64,000 nt of DNA from assembly GCA_027306595.1 (NCBI GenBank), contig DAHUZI010000073.1:88-64087 (forward strand), written 5' to 3'. Positions 1 through 7,971 of this stretch are shown in pieces. The stretch comes from Candidatus Dormiibacterota bacterium (GTDB taxonomy: Bacteria; Chloroflexota; Dormibacteria; Aeolococcales; Bog-877). The notes under the pieces were generated by a model. That model saw only the letters and a program-made list of their open reading frames with translations. It made no database searches and was not told the origin of the DNA. The number at the start of each line of letters is the position of its first letter. Position 1 is the first letter of the stretch. The position numbers and the translations under genes are program-made.

Positions 1-1404
1 GGCCAGCCCCATCACCTCGTCCAGCTCGGTGGAGACCAGCAGGACCGCGGTGCCCTGGTCGCGCTCCTCGACGATCCGGCGGTGGATGATCTCGGTGGAG
101 CCGACGTCCAGCCCCCGGGTGGGCTGGGCCGCGATCAGGAGCCGCAGCGGCCGGGAGAATTCCCTGGCCAAGACGACCTTCTGCTGGTTGCCGCCGGAGA
201 GGGTGGAGGCGGGCAGGTCGGGCGACGCGGAGCGGACGTCGAACTCGCGCACCCGCCGATCGGCGTTGGCGCGGACCGCGGCTGGGTCGAAGCGGAGCCC
301 GCGGCCGAACGGCGGCCGGTCGTGGAGGTCGAGGATGAGGTTCTCCGCCACCGAGAAGCTGAGAACCAGGCCCTCACGCTGGCGGTCCTCAGGGATGTAC
401 CCGACCCCGGCCCGGAGCCGCTGGTGCGGCGAGGCCCGGGTGAGGTCGACGCCGTCGAGGACGACGCGCCCGGCCGTCGGGACCGCGAGCCCGAAGAGGG
501 CGCGGACGACCTCGGTCTGGCCGTTGCCCTGAACGCCGGCGATGCCCAGGATCTCCCCCGCCCGGACCAGGAGGTCGACGTCTCGGACCGCGAGGCCGCC
601 GCGCTCATCGGGGACGGTGAGGCCGTGCGCCTCGAGCACCACGTTCCCCGGCGCCGCCGGGGTCTTGGCGACCTCGAACGCGACCGCGCGCCCGACCATC
701 ATGGCGGCCAGCTGCTGGGCGCTGGTCTCGGCCGGCCTGGTGCTCCCCACCACCCGGCCCTGGCGCATCACCGTGACCCGGTCGCTGACCTCCAGGGCCT
801 CGCCGAGCTTGTGGGTGATGAAGAGGATCGAGCGCCCGTCCGCCCGCAGGCTGCGCATGATCTGGAACAGCTCCACGGTCTCCTGCGGCGTGAGGACCGC
901 GGTCGGCTCGTCGAGGATGAGGAGCTCGGCCTCGCGCACGAGCGCCTTGACGATCTCGACCCGCTGCTGCACGCCGACCGGCAGCCGCTCGACCACTTGG
1001 TCGGGGTCGACCGCGAGCCCGTAGCGCTCCGACTGGGCGGCGATCTCGCGGCGGGCGCGGCGGCGGTCCAGCAGCCCCAGCAGCCGGTGCACGGGCTCGG
1101 CCCCGAGCACGACGTTCTCGGCGACCGTGAACACCGGCACCAGCATGAAGTGTTGGTGGACCATCCCGATCCGCCAGCGAAGGGCGTCCTTGGGGCTGGT
1201 GAGGTGGACCAGCTGGCCGTCGATCCGCATCTCCCCGCCGTCCGCCCGGTAGAGGCCGTAGACGATGTTCATCAGCGTCGTCTTGCCCGCCCCGTTCTCG
1301 CCCAAGAGCGCGTGGATCTCGCCCGGCTCGACCGTGAGGTCGACCTCGTCGTTGGCGACGAGGTCCCCGAAGCGCTTGACGATCCGCCGGAGCTCGAGCC
1401 GCAC
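1..1404 (-). CDS. ABC transporter ATP-binding protein with two fused ATPase domains (BMP/nucleoside-sugar type); C-terminus lies beyond the window edge
   Basis: Absent from the ORF track because the window truncates it. My reverse-complement translation from GTG 1404 reads VRLELRRIVKRFGDLVANDEVDLTVEPGEIHALLGENGAGKTTLMN (Walker A) ... LPVGVQQRVEIVKAL ... ILDEPT ... LSGGNQQKVVLAREF (second-domain signature). AGGGAG lies 4 nt upstream of the GTG. The 82..1416 plus-strand ORF is its antisense shadow. Confidence 0.9.
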   Translation of the reverse strand, partial: MRLELRRIVKRFGDLVANDEVDLTVEPGEIHALLGENGAGKTTLMNIVYGLYRADGGEMRIDGQLVHLTSPKDALRWRIGMVHQHFMLVPVFTVAENVVLGAEPVHRLLGLLDRRRARREIAAQSERYGLAVDPDQVVERLPVGVQQRVEIVKALVREAELLILDEPTAVLTPQETVELFQIMRSLRADGRSILFITHKLGEALEVSDRVTVMRQGRVVGSTRPAETSAQQLAAMMVGRAVAFEVAKTPAAPGNVVLEAHGLTVPDERGGLAVRDVDLLVRAGEILGIAGVQGNGQTEVVRALFGLAVPTAGRVVLDGVDLTRASPHQRLRAGVGYIPEDRQREGLVLSFSVAENLILDLHDRPPFGRGLRFDPAAVRANADRRVREFDVRSASPDLPASTLSGGNQQKVVLAREFSRPLRLLIAAQPTRGLDVGSTEIIHRRIVEERDQGTAVLLVSTELDEVMGLA

Positions 1405-1510
1405 GTCGCTCCCTGAGCAGGGTGATGCTGGATGAGGGGCCGGCCGCGGCGCCGGACCGGAGCCCGGCCGGGTCCGGGGCCCGGCTGGAGCCGGGCCCCG
1501 GGGGGCGGGA

Positions 1511-2677
1511 TCAGAACTTGGTGTTGTCGGGGTAGCGCAGGGGGTTGACCGAGATCGTGCCCTTGATGATCCCCGCCTTGAGCACGTTCAGCATCCGCTT
1601 CACGCTCGCCGGGACCTTGTTGCGGAAGGTGTGGTAGGGCGACAGCGCGACCCCGTTGTTGGCCAGGGTGCCGTTGTAGTTGCCGCCCTTGAAGGTGCCG
1701 TGGGCGGCCGCCAGCACCGCCGCCTTGACCGACGAGACGATCCCCTTGGTGACGCTGGTGATGAAGATGCTGCAGTACTGGGGAGCGGAGATGCAGCCGT
1801 CGGTGTCCACCCATTCCATCGCGTACTTGGGTCCCGCCGCCTTGATGGCGGCGGCGGCCCCGAGTCCGACCGAGCCCGCCACCGGGAAGACGATGTCGGC
1901 CCCCTCGTTGATCATCGTCTGAGTGTCGAGCTTTCCGGCGGCGATGTTCGTGAAGCTGCCGGTGAAGGTGCCGGTGCTGGGATGGTTGGGGTCCCAGCCC
2001 AGGACCTTGACGTGGGCGTGCTGGTGGACGTTGTAGTAGCGCACCCCGGCAACGAAGCCGTTCATGTAGATCGTGACGGTCGGGATGTCGTCACCGCCGA
2101 AGGTCCCGACCTTGTGGGTCTTGGACATCGCCGCCGCCAGGTAGCCGCCGAGAAACCCGTCCTGGTCGGTCTGGTAGTGGAGCCCGAGCACGTTCTTGAG
2201 CGCGGGGCTGTACGTGTAGTCGACGATCGAGAAGCGCTGCTTGGGATTGGCCTTGGCCGCGTTCTGGGTCGCGGTCGCCATGAGGAACCCGACCGTGACG
2301 ATGATGCCGCACTTCTGATGGATGAAGGCGTTGATGTTGGGGACGTAGTCGCTCGACGACGTCGACTGCAGGTACTTGACCGTGATCGCATGGTCGGCGG
2401 TGTGGGCGGCCTGCATCCCCTGCCACGAGGAGGCGTTGAACGAGCGGTCGTCGATGCCGCCGGTGTCGGTCACCATGCAGCCGAGGAAGTGGCCGTCCCG
2501 GGGATGGACCCCGCTCTCGGCGCTGGCGGCCGGCCGGCCGGCGCCGAGAGCGGCCGCGGCGACGGCCACGATCGCCGCCACCCCCGCGAGCCGGAATCCA
2601 GCTCCGGTCAGCCGCCGCCGGCCGGTCCCGCCAGCGGCGGCGCCCGCGTCGGGTCGTTGCAGAAGCCATCGGTTCAT
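1511..2677 (-). CDS. BMP-family (PnrA/Med-like) ABC substrate-binding lipoprotein
   Basis: Track ORF 1511..2827. I start it at ATG 2677 (MNRWLLQRP), with GAGGAGGA 5 nt upstream. Hydrophobic signal AGVAAIVAVAAAALGA, then GCMVTDTGGIDDRSFNASSWQG typical of the BMP family. Its ATPase follows directly. Confidence 0.88.
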   Translation of the reverse strand: MNRWLLQRPDAGAAAGGTGRRRLTGAGFRLAGVAAIVAVAAAALGAGRPAASAESGVHPRDGHFLGCMVTDTGGIDDRSFNASSWQGMQAAHTADHAITVKYLQSTSSSDYVPNINAFIHQKCGIIVTVGFLMATATQNAAKANPKQRFSIVDYTYSPALKNVLGLHYQTDQDGFLGGYLAAAMSKTHKVGTFGGDDIPTVTIYMNGFVAGVRYYNVHQHAHVKVLGWDPNHPSTGTFTGSFTNIAAGKLDTQTMINEGADIVFPVAGSVGLGAAAAIKAAGPKYAMEWVDTDGCISAPQYCSIFITSVTKGIVSSVKAAVLAAAHGTFKGGNYNGTLANNGVALSPYHTFRNKVPASVKRMLNVLKAGIIKGTISVNPLRYPDNTKF

Positions 2678-2874
2678 GACCGTCCTCCTCGGGGTGGTCG
2701 GGCCCCACCCCTGGCCCGCGCGACGCCCCCCTGAGTTGGTCGGACCAGCCCCAGCCGCGAGGCCAGAGGCGGCGGCGCCCCGTTCCGCTCGCCCGTCGCC
2801 CGCGCGACCGGCTCCAACTCCGACCACCCTCTGGGCTCGATCGATCGGCGGAGTGTAGCAGCGCGGATCGGTGG

Positions 2875-2906
2875 GCTCGCGGGGGAAAACACCCGCGGGC
2901 GCGAGC
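2875..2906 (-). terminator. GC-rich stem-loop 27 nt downstream of the LLM oxidoreductase stop (no U-tail)
   Basis: gctcgcg (2875..2881) pairs with cgcgagc (2900..2906); the inner cccgcggg is self-complementary. Position fits the end of the three-gene pyrimidine operon. Confidence 0.35.
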
Positions 2907-2932
2907 GTCCGCCCGCCGTGCTGGTCCCGCCC

Positions 2933-3937
2933 TCAGCGGTCCTGGAGGGCGGGCACGACCGCTCGGCCGTAGGCCTCGAGCGTCTCCAGCTGGCGGTCGT
3001 GCATGAGGTAGAGGGCGAAGTTGGTCACCCCCCGGGCCGCGAGATCGTGCAGCTTCTCGACGTGGGCGGCCGGCGGGCCGAGGATGCAGAAGCGATCGAC
3101 CACCTGGTCGGGGACGAACGCGCTCGAGGGGTTGCCGGATCGCCCGTGGTGGGCGTAGTCGTAGCCGCGCCGGCCCTCGATGGACGCGGTGAGCGCGTGC
3201 GGCACCGCCCCGGAGTCGGCTCCGTAGCGGCGCACGATCTCGGCCACGTGGTTGCCGACCATCCCTCCGAACCAGCGCAGGTGCTCCCGCTGATGGGCGA
3301 GGTCCTCGCCCACGTAGGCGGGCGCCGCGACGCAGATCGCCAGGGCGTGGGGGTCGCGTCCGGCGGCCCGGGCGGCGGCGCGCACCATCTCGATCGCCCA
3401 CCCGCAGATGTCAGGGTCGGCGAGCTGAAGGATGAGACCGTCAGCGACCCGGCCGGCGAGCGCCAGCGCACGGGGGCCATACGCGGCCATCCAGATCGGC
3501 GGCGCCGGTCCCTTGGCCCACTGGAGGCGGACCCGGTGGCCGCGGATGGTGGCGGCGTCGCCGCCAGCAAGCTGGCGGATCACCACGATCGCCTCCTCGA
3601 CCTCGGCGAGGCTCGCCGGACGGGCCCCGGTGACCCGCACCGCCGAGTCGCCGCGGCCGATCCCGAGGACGGTGCGGGGGCCGAAGGCCTCGTCGAGGGT
3701 GGCCAGGCTCGACGCCGTCACGGTCGGGTCCCGGGTCATGGGATTGGTCACCATCGGGCCGACCGCGACTCGGCTGGTGGCGGCCAGGATCTGGGGGTAG
3801 ATCACGAACGGCTCCTGCCAGAGCACAACCGAGTCGAATGTGAAGACGTGGTGGAAGCCGTGGGCCTCGGCGGCCCGGGCCAGCTCCACCGTGCGCCGCA
3901 CCGGCGGGTCGGTCTGGAGGACGACGCCGAACTCCAC
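2933..3937 (-). CDS. Luciferase-like (LLM class) flavin/F420-dependent oxidoreductase, Mer-like subfamily
   Basis: 334 aa from GTG 3937. VEFGVVLQTDPP...FTFDSVVLWQEPFVIYPQIL...VLGIGRGDSAVRVTG...WMAAYGPRALALAGRVADGLILQLADP looks like the F420-dependent LLM group that I recall next to dihydropyrimidinase genes (TIGR03842-like). That assignment is from memory, not searched. Confidence 0.8.
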   Translation of the reverse strand: MEFGVVLQTDPPVRRTVELARAAEAHGFHHVFTFDSVVLWQEPFVIYPQILAATSRVAVGPMVTNPMTRDPTVTASSLATLDEAFGPRTVLGIGRGDSAVRVTGARPASLAEVEEAIVVIRQLAGGDAATIRGHRVRLQWAKGPAPPIWMAAYGPRALALAGRVADGLILQLADPDICGWAIEMVRAAARAAGRDPHALAICVAAPAYVGEDLAHQREHLRWFGGMVGNHVAEIVRRYGADSGAVPHALTASIEGRRGYDYAHHGRSGNPSSAFVPDQVVDRFCILGPPAAHVEKLHDLAARGVTNFALYLMHDRQLETLEAYGRAVVPALQDR

Positions 3938-3948
3938 CGCCCGGGCCC

Positions 3949-5352
3949 TCAGGCGACCGCGCGGGAGGGGCCGCGGGCCACGAACCGGCCGTCCCCGGGG
4001 CGGCCGACGTAGCGGCCGCCCTCGAGCACCACCCGACCGCGGAGCAGGACGGTCTCGGCCCCGCCGGTCACGGGCCGGCCCTCGTAGCAGGAGTAGTCGA
4101 CCGCCATGTGATGGGTCGCCGCCGACAGGGTCCTCGTGCGCCCGGGGTCATAGATGACCAGGTCCGCGTCCGCGCCCGGGGCGATCGTGCCCTTGCGGGG
4201 GAAGAGGCCGAACATCCTGGCCGGCGCGGTCGCCGTGAGCTCCACCCAGCGGGCCAGGCCGAGGCGTCCCTCGGTCACCGCCTGGTGGAGCAGGTCGAGC
4301 CGGTGCTCCACCCCCGGCAGCCCGTTGGGGATCTTGGAAAAGTCCTCGCGCCCGAGCGCCTTCTGCTCGCGGAAGCAGAACGGACAGTGGTCGGTGGCCA
4401 CCACCTGAAGGTCGCCGGTCGCCAGCCCGCGCCAGAGCGCCCGCTGGTGTTCGGGAGCCCGAAGGGGCGGGGAGCAGACGAACTTCGCCCCCTCGAAGTC
4501 CGGCCGGGCGAGGTCGTCCTCCGAGAGCAGGAGGTATTGGGGGCAGGTCTCCGCGAACACGGGCTCGCCCCGGTCTCGCGCCTCGGCGACCCGGTCCAGC
4601 GCCTCCGCCGCCGACAGGTGGACGATGTACAGGGCGCAGCCGGCGACCCGCGCCAGCTCGATGGCGCGCTCGGTCGCCTCGCCCTCGAGGATCGCCGGGC
4701 GCGTCGACCCGTGGAACCGGGGCGCCCGCTCGCCGCGGGCCAGCGCCTGGAGGACGAGCTGGTCGATCGCGATCCCGTTCTCGGCGTGCATCTGAATCAG
4801 CGCCCCGGAGCCGGCCGCTCGCTGCATGGCCCGCAGGATCTCCCCATCGGTGCTGTAGAAGACGCCGGGGTAGGCCATGAAGAGCTTGAAGCTCGTGACC
4901 CCCTCGGCCATGAGCCGGTCCATCTCGTCGAGGGCCTCGTCGGTGACCTCGCTGACGATCAGGTGGAATCCGTAGTCGCAGGCGCAGCGCCCCTCCGCCT
5001 TGGCCAGCCAACCCTCCAGCCCGGCGTGCAGCGACCCGCCCCGGGGCTGGATGGCGAAGTCGACGATGGTGGTGGTGCCGCCCCAGACCGCAGCGCGCGT
5101 GCCGGTCTCGAAGGTGTCGGACGAGCACGTGCCCCCGAAGGGCATCTCCATGTGGGTGTGGACATCCACCCCGCCGGGGATGACGTAGCGGCCGGTTGCC
5201 TCGAGGACGTGGTCGGCGCGGTCGGCGAACGCCCGGGCCAGCTCGGCATCGGGGGGAACGACGGCGACGATCAGCCCGTCCTCGACCAGGACCTCGGCTC
5301 GCGCCACGTCGCTCGCGCTGACGACCGTGCCGCCGCGCACGATCAGTCGCAT
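3949..5352 (-). CDS. hydA: Dihydropyrimidinase / D-hydantoinase
   Basis: The track fuses it into a 779-aa ORF. I start at ATG 5352 (MRLIVRGGTVV), giving 467 aa. Motifs: IPGGVDVHTHMEMPFGG (HxH metal site), SFKLFMAY (carboxylated Lys), ATDHCPF. Confidence 0.9.
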   Translation of the reverse strand: MRLIVRGGTVVSASDVARAEVLVEDGLIVAVVPPDAELARAFADRADHVLEATGRYVIPGGVDVHTHMEMPFGGTCSSDTFETGTRAAVWGGTTTIVDFAIQPRGGSLHAGLEGWLAKAEGRCACDYGFHLIVSEVTDEALDEMDRLMAEGVTSFKLFMAYPGVFYSTDGEILRAMQRAAGSGALIQMHAENGIAIDQLVLQALARGERAPRFHGSTRPAILEGEATERAIELARVAGCALYIVHLSAAEALDRVAEARDRGEPVFAETCPQYLLLSEDDLARPDFEGAKFVCSPPLRAPEHQRALWRGLATGDLQVVATDHCPFCFREQKALGREDFSKIPNGLPGVEHRLDLLHQAVTEGRLGLARWVELTATAPARMFGLFPRKGTIAPGADADLVIYDPGRTRTLSAATHHMAVDYSCYEGRPVTGGAETVLLRGRVVLEGGRYVGRPGDGRFVARGPSRAVA

Positions 5353-5380
5353 GCGCCGCCCCGCGGGGATGGGGCCCCGA

Positions 5381-6223
5381 TCACGGCTCGACCAGCGCCG
5401 GGTAGGCGTCGGGGCGCCGATCCCGGTAGAACGCCCAGACCCGCCTGGCCTCCTCCAGGATCGCCATGTCCAGCTCCCGGACGACGAGGGCATCGTCGCG
5501 GTCGGAGGCCGCCTCGCCGACCAGCTGCCCGCTGGGGTCGACGAAGTACGAGCCGCCGTAGAAGTCGTTGTCCCCGAGCGGCTCCCGTCCGACCCGGTTG
5601 ATCGCCCCGACGAAGTACTGGTTGGCGACCGCGGCGGCCGGCTGCTCCAGGCGCCAGAGGTGGGCGGAGAGCCCGCGGCTCGTCGCCGAGGGGTTGAACA
5701 CGATCCGGGCGCCGCCCAGGCCGAGCGCCCGCCAGCCCTCGGGGAAGTGGCGGTCGTAGCAGAGGTACACACCGATCGGGCCGACCGCGGTGGGGAAGAC
5801 CGGGAAGCCGAGGTTGCCGGGGCGGAAGTAGAACTTCTCCCAGAACCCGTGCACCTGGGGGATGTGGTGCTTGCGGTACTTGCCGCAGTAGCGGCCGTCG
5901 GCGTCGAGCACCGCGGCGGTGTTGTAGAGGACCCCGGGCTGCTCCTCCTCATAGACGGGGACGATGAGCACCATCTGGGTCTCGCGGGCGAGGCCGCGCA
6001 TCGCCTCGATCGTCGGCCCCTCGGGCACCCGCTCCGCCAGCCGGTAATGGGCAGGGTCCTGCACCTGGCAGAAGTAGGGGCCGTTGAACAGCTCCTGGAA
6101 GCAGAGGACCTGGGCCCCCGCACCGGCCGCCCGCCGAGCCAGGTCGACGCTGGCGCCAACCATCGAGTCGCGGTCCCCGGTCCAGTGGGTCTGGACCAGC
6201 GCGGCCCGCACGACGTCCGCCAC
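5381..6223 (-). CDS. Beta-ureidopropionase-like N-carbamoyl amidohydrolase (nitrilase/CN-hydrolase superfamily)
   Basis: 280 aa from GTG 6223, with AGGAGGG 6 nt upstream. Glu-Lys-Cys triad context: LCFQELF, GKYRKHHIP, GVYLCYDRHFPEGWR. Confidence 0.85.
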   Translation of the reverse strand: MADVVRAALVQTHWTGDRDSMVGASVDLARRAAGAGAQVLCFQELFNGPYFCQVQDPAHYRLAERVPEGPTIEAMRGLARETQMVLIVPVYEEEQPGVLYNTAAVLDADGRYCGKYRKHHIPQVHGFWEKFYFRPGNLGFPVFPTAVGPIGVYLCYDRHFPEGWRALGLGGARIVFNPSATSRGLSAHLWRLEQPAAAVANQYFVGAINRVGREPLGDNDFYGGSYFVDPSGQLVGEAASDRDDALVVRELDMAILEEARRVWAFYRDRRPDAYPALVEP

Positions 6224-6259
6224 CCGGGTCCCTCCTGTCGCCCGACCCGCTCGGCGCCG

Positions 6260-6288
6260 ACTCTGGCACCGCGCCCAGGCGGTGTCAA
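6260..6288 (-). promoter_or_regulatory. Sigma-70-type promoter of the ureidopropionase-dihydropyrimidinase-LLM operon
   Basis: On the minus strand, TTGACA (6288..6283), a 17-nt spacer, then CAGAGT (6265..6260), about 35 nt upstream of the GTG at 6223. Confidence 0.5.
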
Positions 6289-6312
6289 GGCTGGGTCGGC
6301 GGCCGACGCCGC

Positions 6313-7857
6313 TCAGGCCGCGGGGACGCTGGGGAGGTAGGCGGGCGCCAGGCGAACCGCGAGCTGCCGCTCGACGGCGGCCGCCAGCGCCACCAGCCGC
6401 GCCTCATCCCAGGCGGCGCCGAGGAGCGTGAGCCCCACAGGCAACCCGTCGGTCGTCCCGATCGGCAGGGTGATGGCAGGGGTGCCGGCCACCGCCGCCG
6501 TCTGGTAGCCGGCCCCCCCGTGGGCGTCCCCGTTGACGAGATCGGTGCAGGGAGCGGGGCCCATGGTGGGGACGAGGAGCGCCTCGACGGTGTGGGTGCT
6601 GAGGGCGAGCTCGATCCCGCCCCGCCCCGCCCGTCGCCGGGCGCGGGCGCGGGCCCGGCGGTACCCGGGATCGGCCAGGCCATTGGTGGCCGCGGCCTGC
6701 TCGAAGAGCTCCTGGCCGAACCAGCGGAGCTCGGTGTCCCCGTGGCGGCGGTTGAACGCGATCAGCGCCTCGAGGCTCCTCGGGCATGCGTCGGGCTCGC
6801 CGGGACGCTGGCGCAGGTAGGCCTCGACGCCGTCCTTGAACTCGTGCAGGAGCACCGTGAGCTCGTCGGGGCTATCCCGCAGCCACCGGGCGGTCGGGAT
6901 GTCGGCAGGGTCGACCACGACGACCCCGGCGGCGCGGAGCTCGGCCAGAGCCGCCTCGACCAGTCGGTCAGCGCGCTGGCTGTATCCGAAGTGCACGGCG
7001 CGGGCGACGCCGAGCCGGACCCCCGCGAGCTGCGGAGGTTCCAGGGTGGCGGCGGCGGTCGCGAGCGCCCCCGCGCGGCGGCCTCGGGTTGCCGGGTCGG
7101 CTGGGTCGCGCCCCGCCACGGCGTCAAGGAGCAGGGCGGCGTCCCGCACGGTGCGGGCCAGCGGGCCCACCGTGTCCTGGCTGGCGGCGATCGGCACGAC
7201 CCCGCTGCGGCTCACCCGGCCCACCGTCGGCTTGATCCCGACGACGCCGCAGAAGGCCGCCGGGCAGAGGATGGACCCGTCGGTCTCGGTGCCGATCGCC
7301 AGCGGCGCCAGCCCGGCGGCGACCGCGGCCCCGGAGCCCGAGCTCGAGCCGCCCGGGCTGCGATCGAGGACGTGCGGGTTGCGCGTCTGGCCCCCCACCG
7401 CGCTCCAACCGCTGGCGCTGTGGGTGGAGCGGAAATTGGCCCACTCCGACAGGTTCGTCTTCCCCAGGACGATGGCCCCTGCGGTCCGCAGGCGGGCGAC
7501 GCAGGCGGCGTCGGCGGCCGGTCGGGTGGTGGTGAGGGCCAGCGACCCGCACGTGGTGGCGGCCCCGGTCGCGGTGTCGCAGTTGTCCTTGACCAGGACC
7601 GGGACACCGTGGAGGGGGCCGCGGAGCTGGCCCCGCCGCCGCTCCGCGTCGCGGGCGACCGCCTCTGCCTCGGCGCGCTCGTCGACGGCGAGGACCGACC
7701 GGAGGTGGGGTCCGCCGCGGTCCAGCGCCTCCAACCGTCGCAGCAGCCCGGCGACGAGCTCAGCGGAGCTGAGCCGCCCCGAGGCGAGGGCTCGACCGAT
7801 CTCGGCGACCCCGAGAGAGGCGAGCTCAGCCTCGGTCGTCGCCGGGTCGCGTGTCAC
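6313..7857 (-). CDS. Amidase-signature family amidase
   Basis: 514 aa from GTG 7857, with GGGGGAGG 7 nt upstream. Motifs: PLHGVPVLVKDN, GGSSSGSGAAVAAGLAPLAIGTETDGSILCPAAFCGVVGIKPT. Confidence 0.87.
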   Translation of the reverse strand: MTRDPATTEAELASLGVAEIGRALASGRLSSAELVAGLLRRLEALDRGGPHLRSVLAVDERAEAEAVARDAERRRGQLRGPLHGVPVLVKDNCDTATGAATTCGSLALTTTRPAADAACVARLRTAGAIVLGKTNLSEWANFRSTHSASGWSAVGGQTRNPHVLDRSPGGSSSGSGAAVAAGLAPLAIGTETDGSILCPAAFCGVVGIKPTVGRVSRSGVVPIAASQDTVGPLARTVRDAALLLDAVAGRDPADPATRGRRAGALATAAATLEPPQLAGVRLGVARAVHFGYSQRADRLVEAALAELRAAGVVVVDPADIPTARWLRDSPDELTVLLHEFKDGVEAYLRQRPGEPDACPRSLEALIAFNRRHGDTELRWFGQELFEQAAATNGLADPGYRRARARARRRAGRGGIELALSTHTVEALLVPTMGPAPCTDLVNGDAHGGAGYQTAAVAGTPAITLPIGTTDGLPVGLTLLGAAWDEARLVALAAAVERQLAVRLAPAYLPSVPAA

Positions 7858-7971
7858 GGATACGCCTCCCCCTCGCCGGTGGCGCCACGGGCTTCCGCTC
7901 GCCCGTCGCGCCCGCGGACCTGGTCCGCGGCCCGGATCATATCGGGAGGCGGCGCGGCGGGCGCAATCGGG

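Noticed and set aside
2678-2860. Assignment of the bmp leader to a known riboswitch class
   Set aside because: Eye comparison with purine, 2-prime-dG, ZTP, TPP and SAM core consensus sequences found no match. It is reported only as an unclassified structured-leader candidate.
3949-6288. A 779-aa ORF fusing dihydropyrimidinase with upstream sequence
   Set aside because: The N-terminal 312 residues are an out-of-frame read through the beta-ureidopropionase-like gene. Dihydropyrimidinase homology begins exactly at MRLIVRGG (ATG 5352), which gives a normal 467-aa enzyme.
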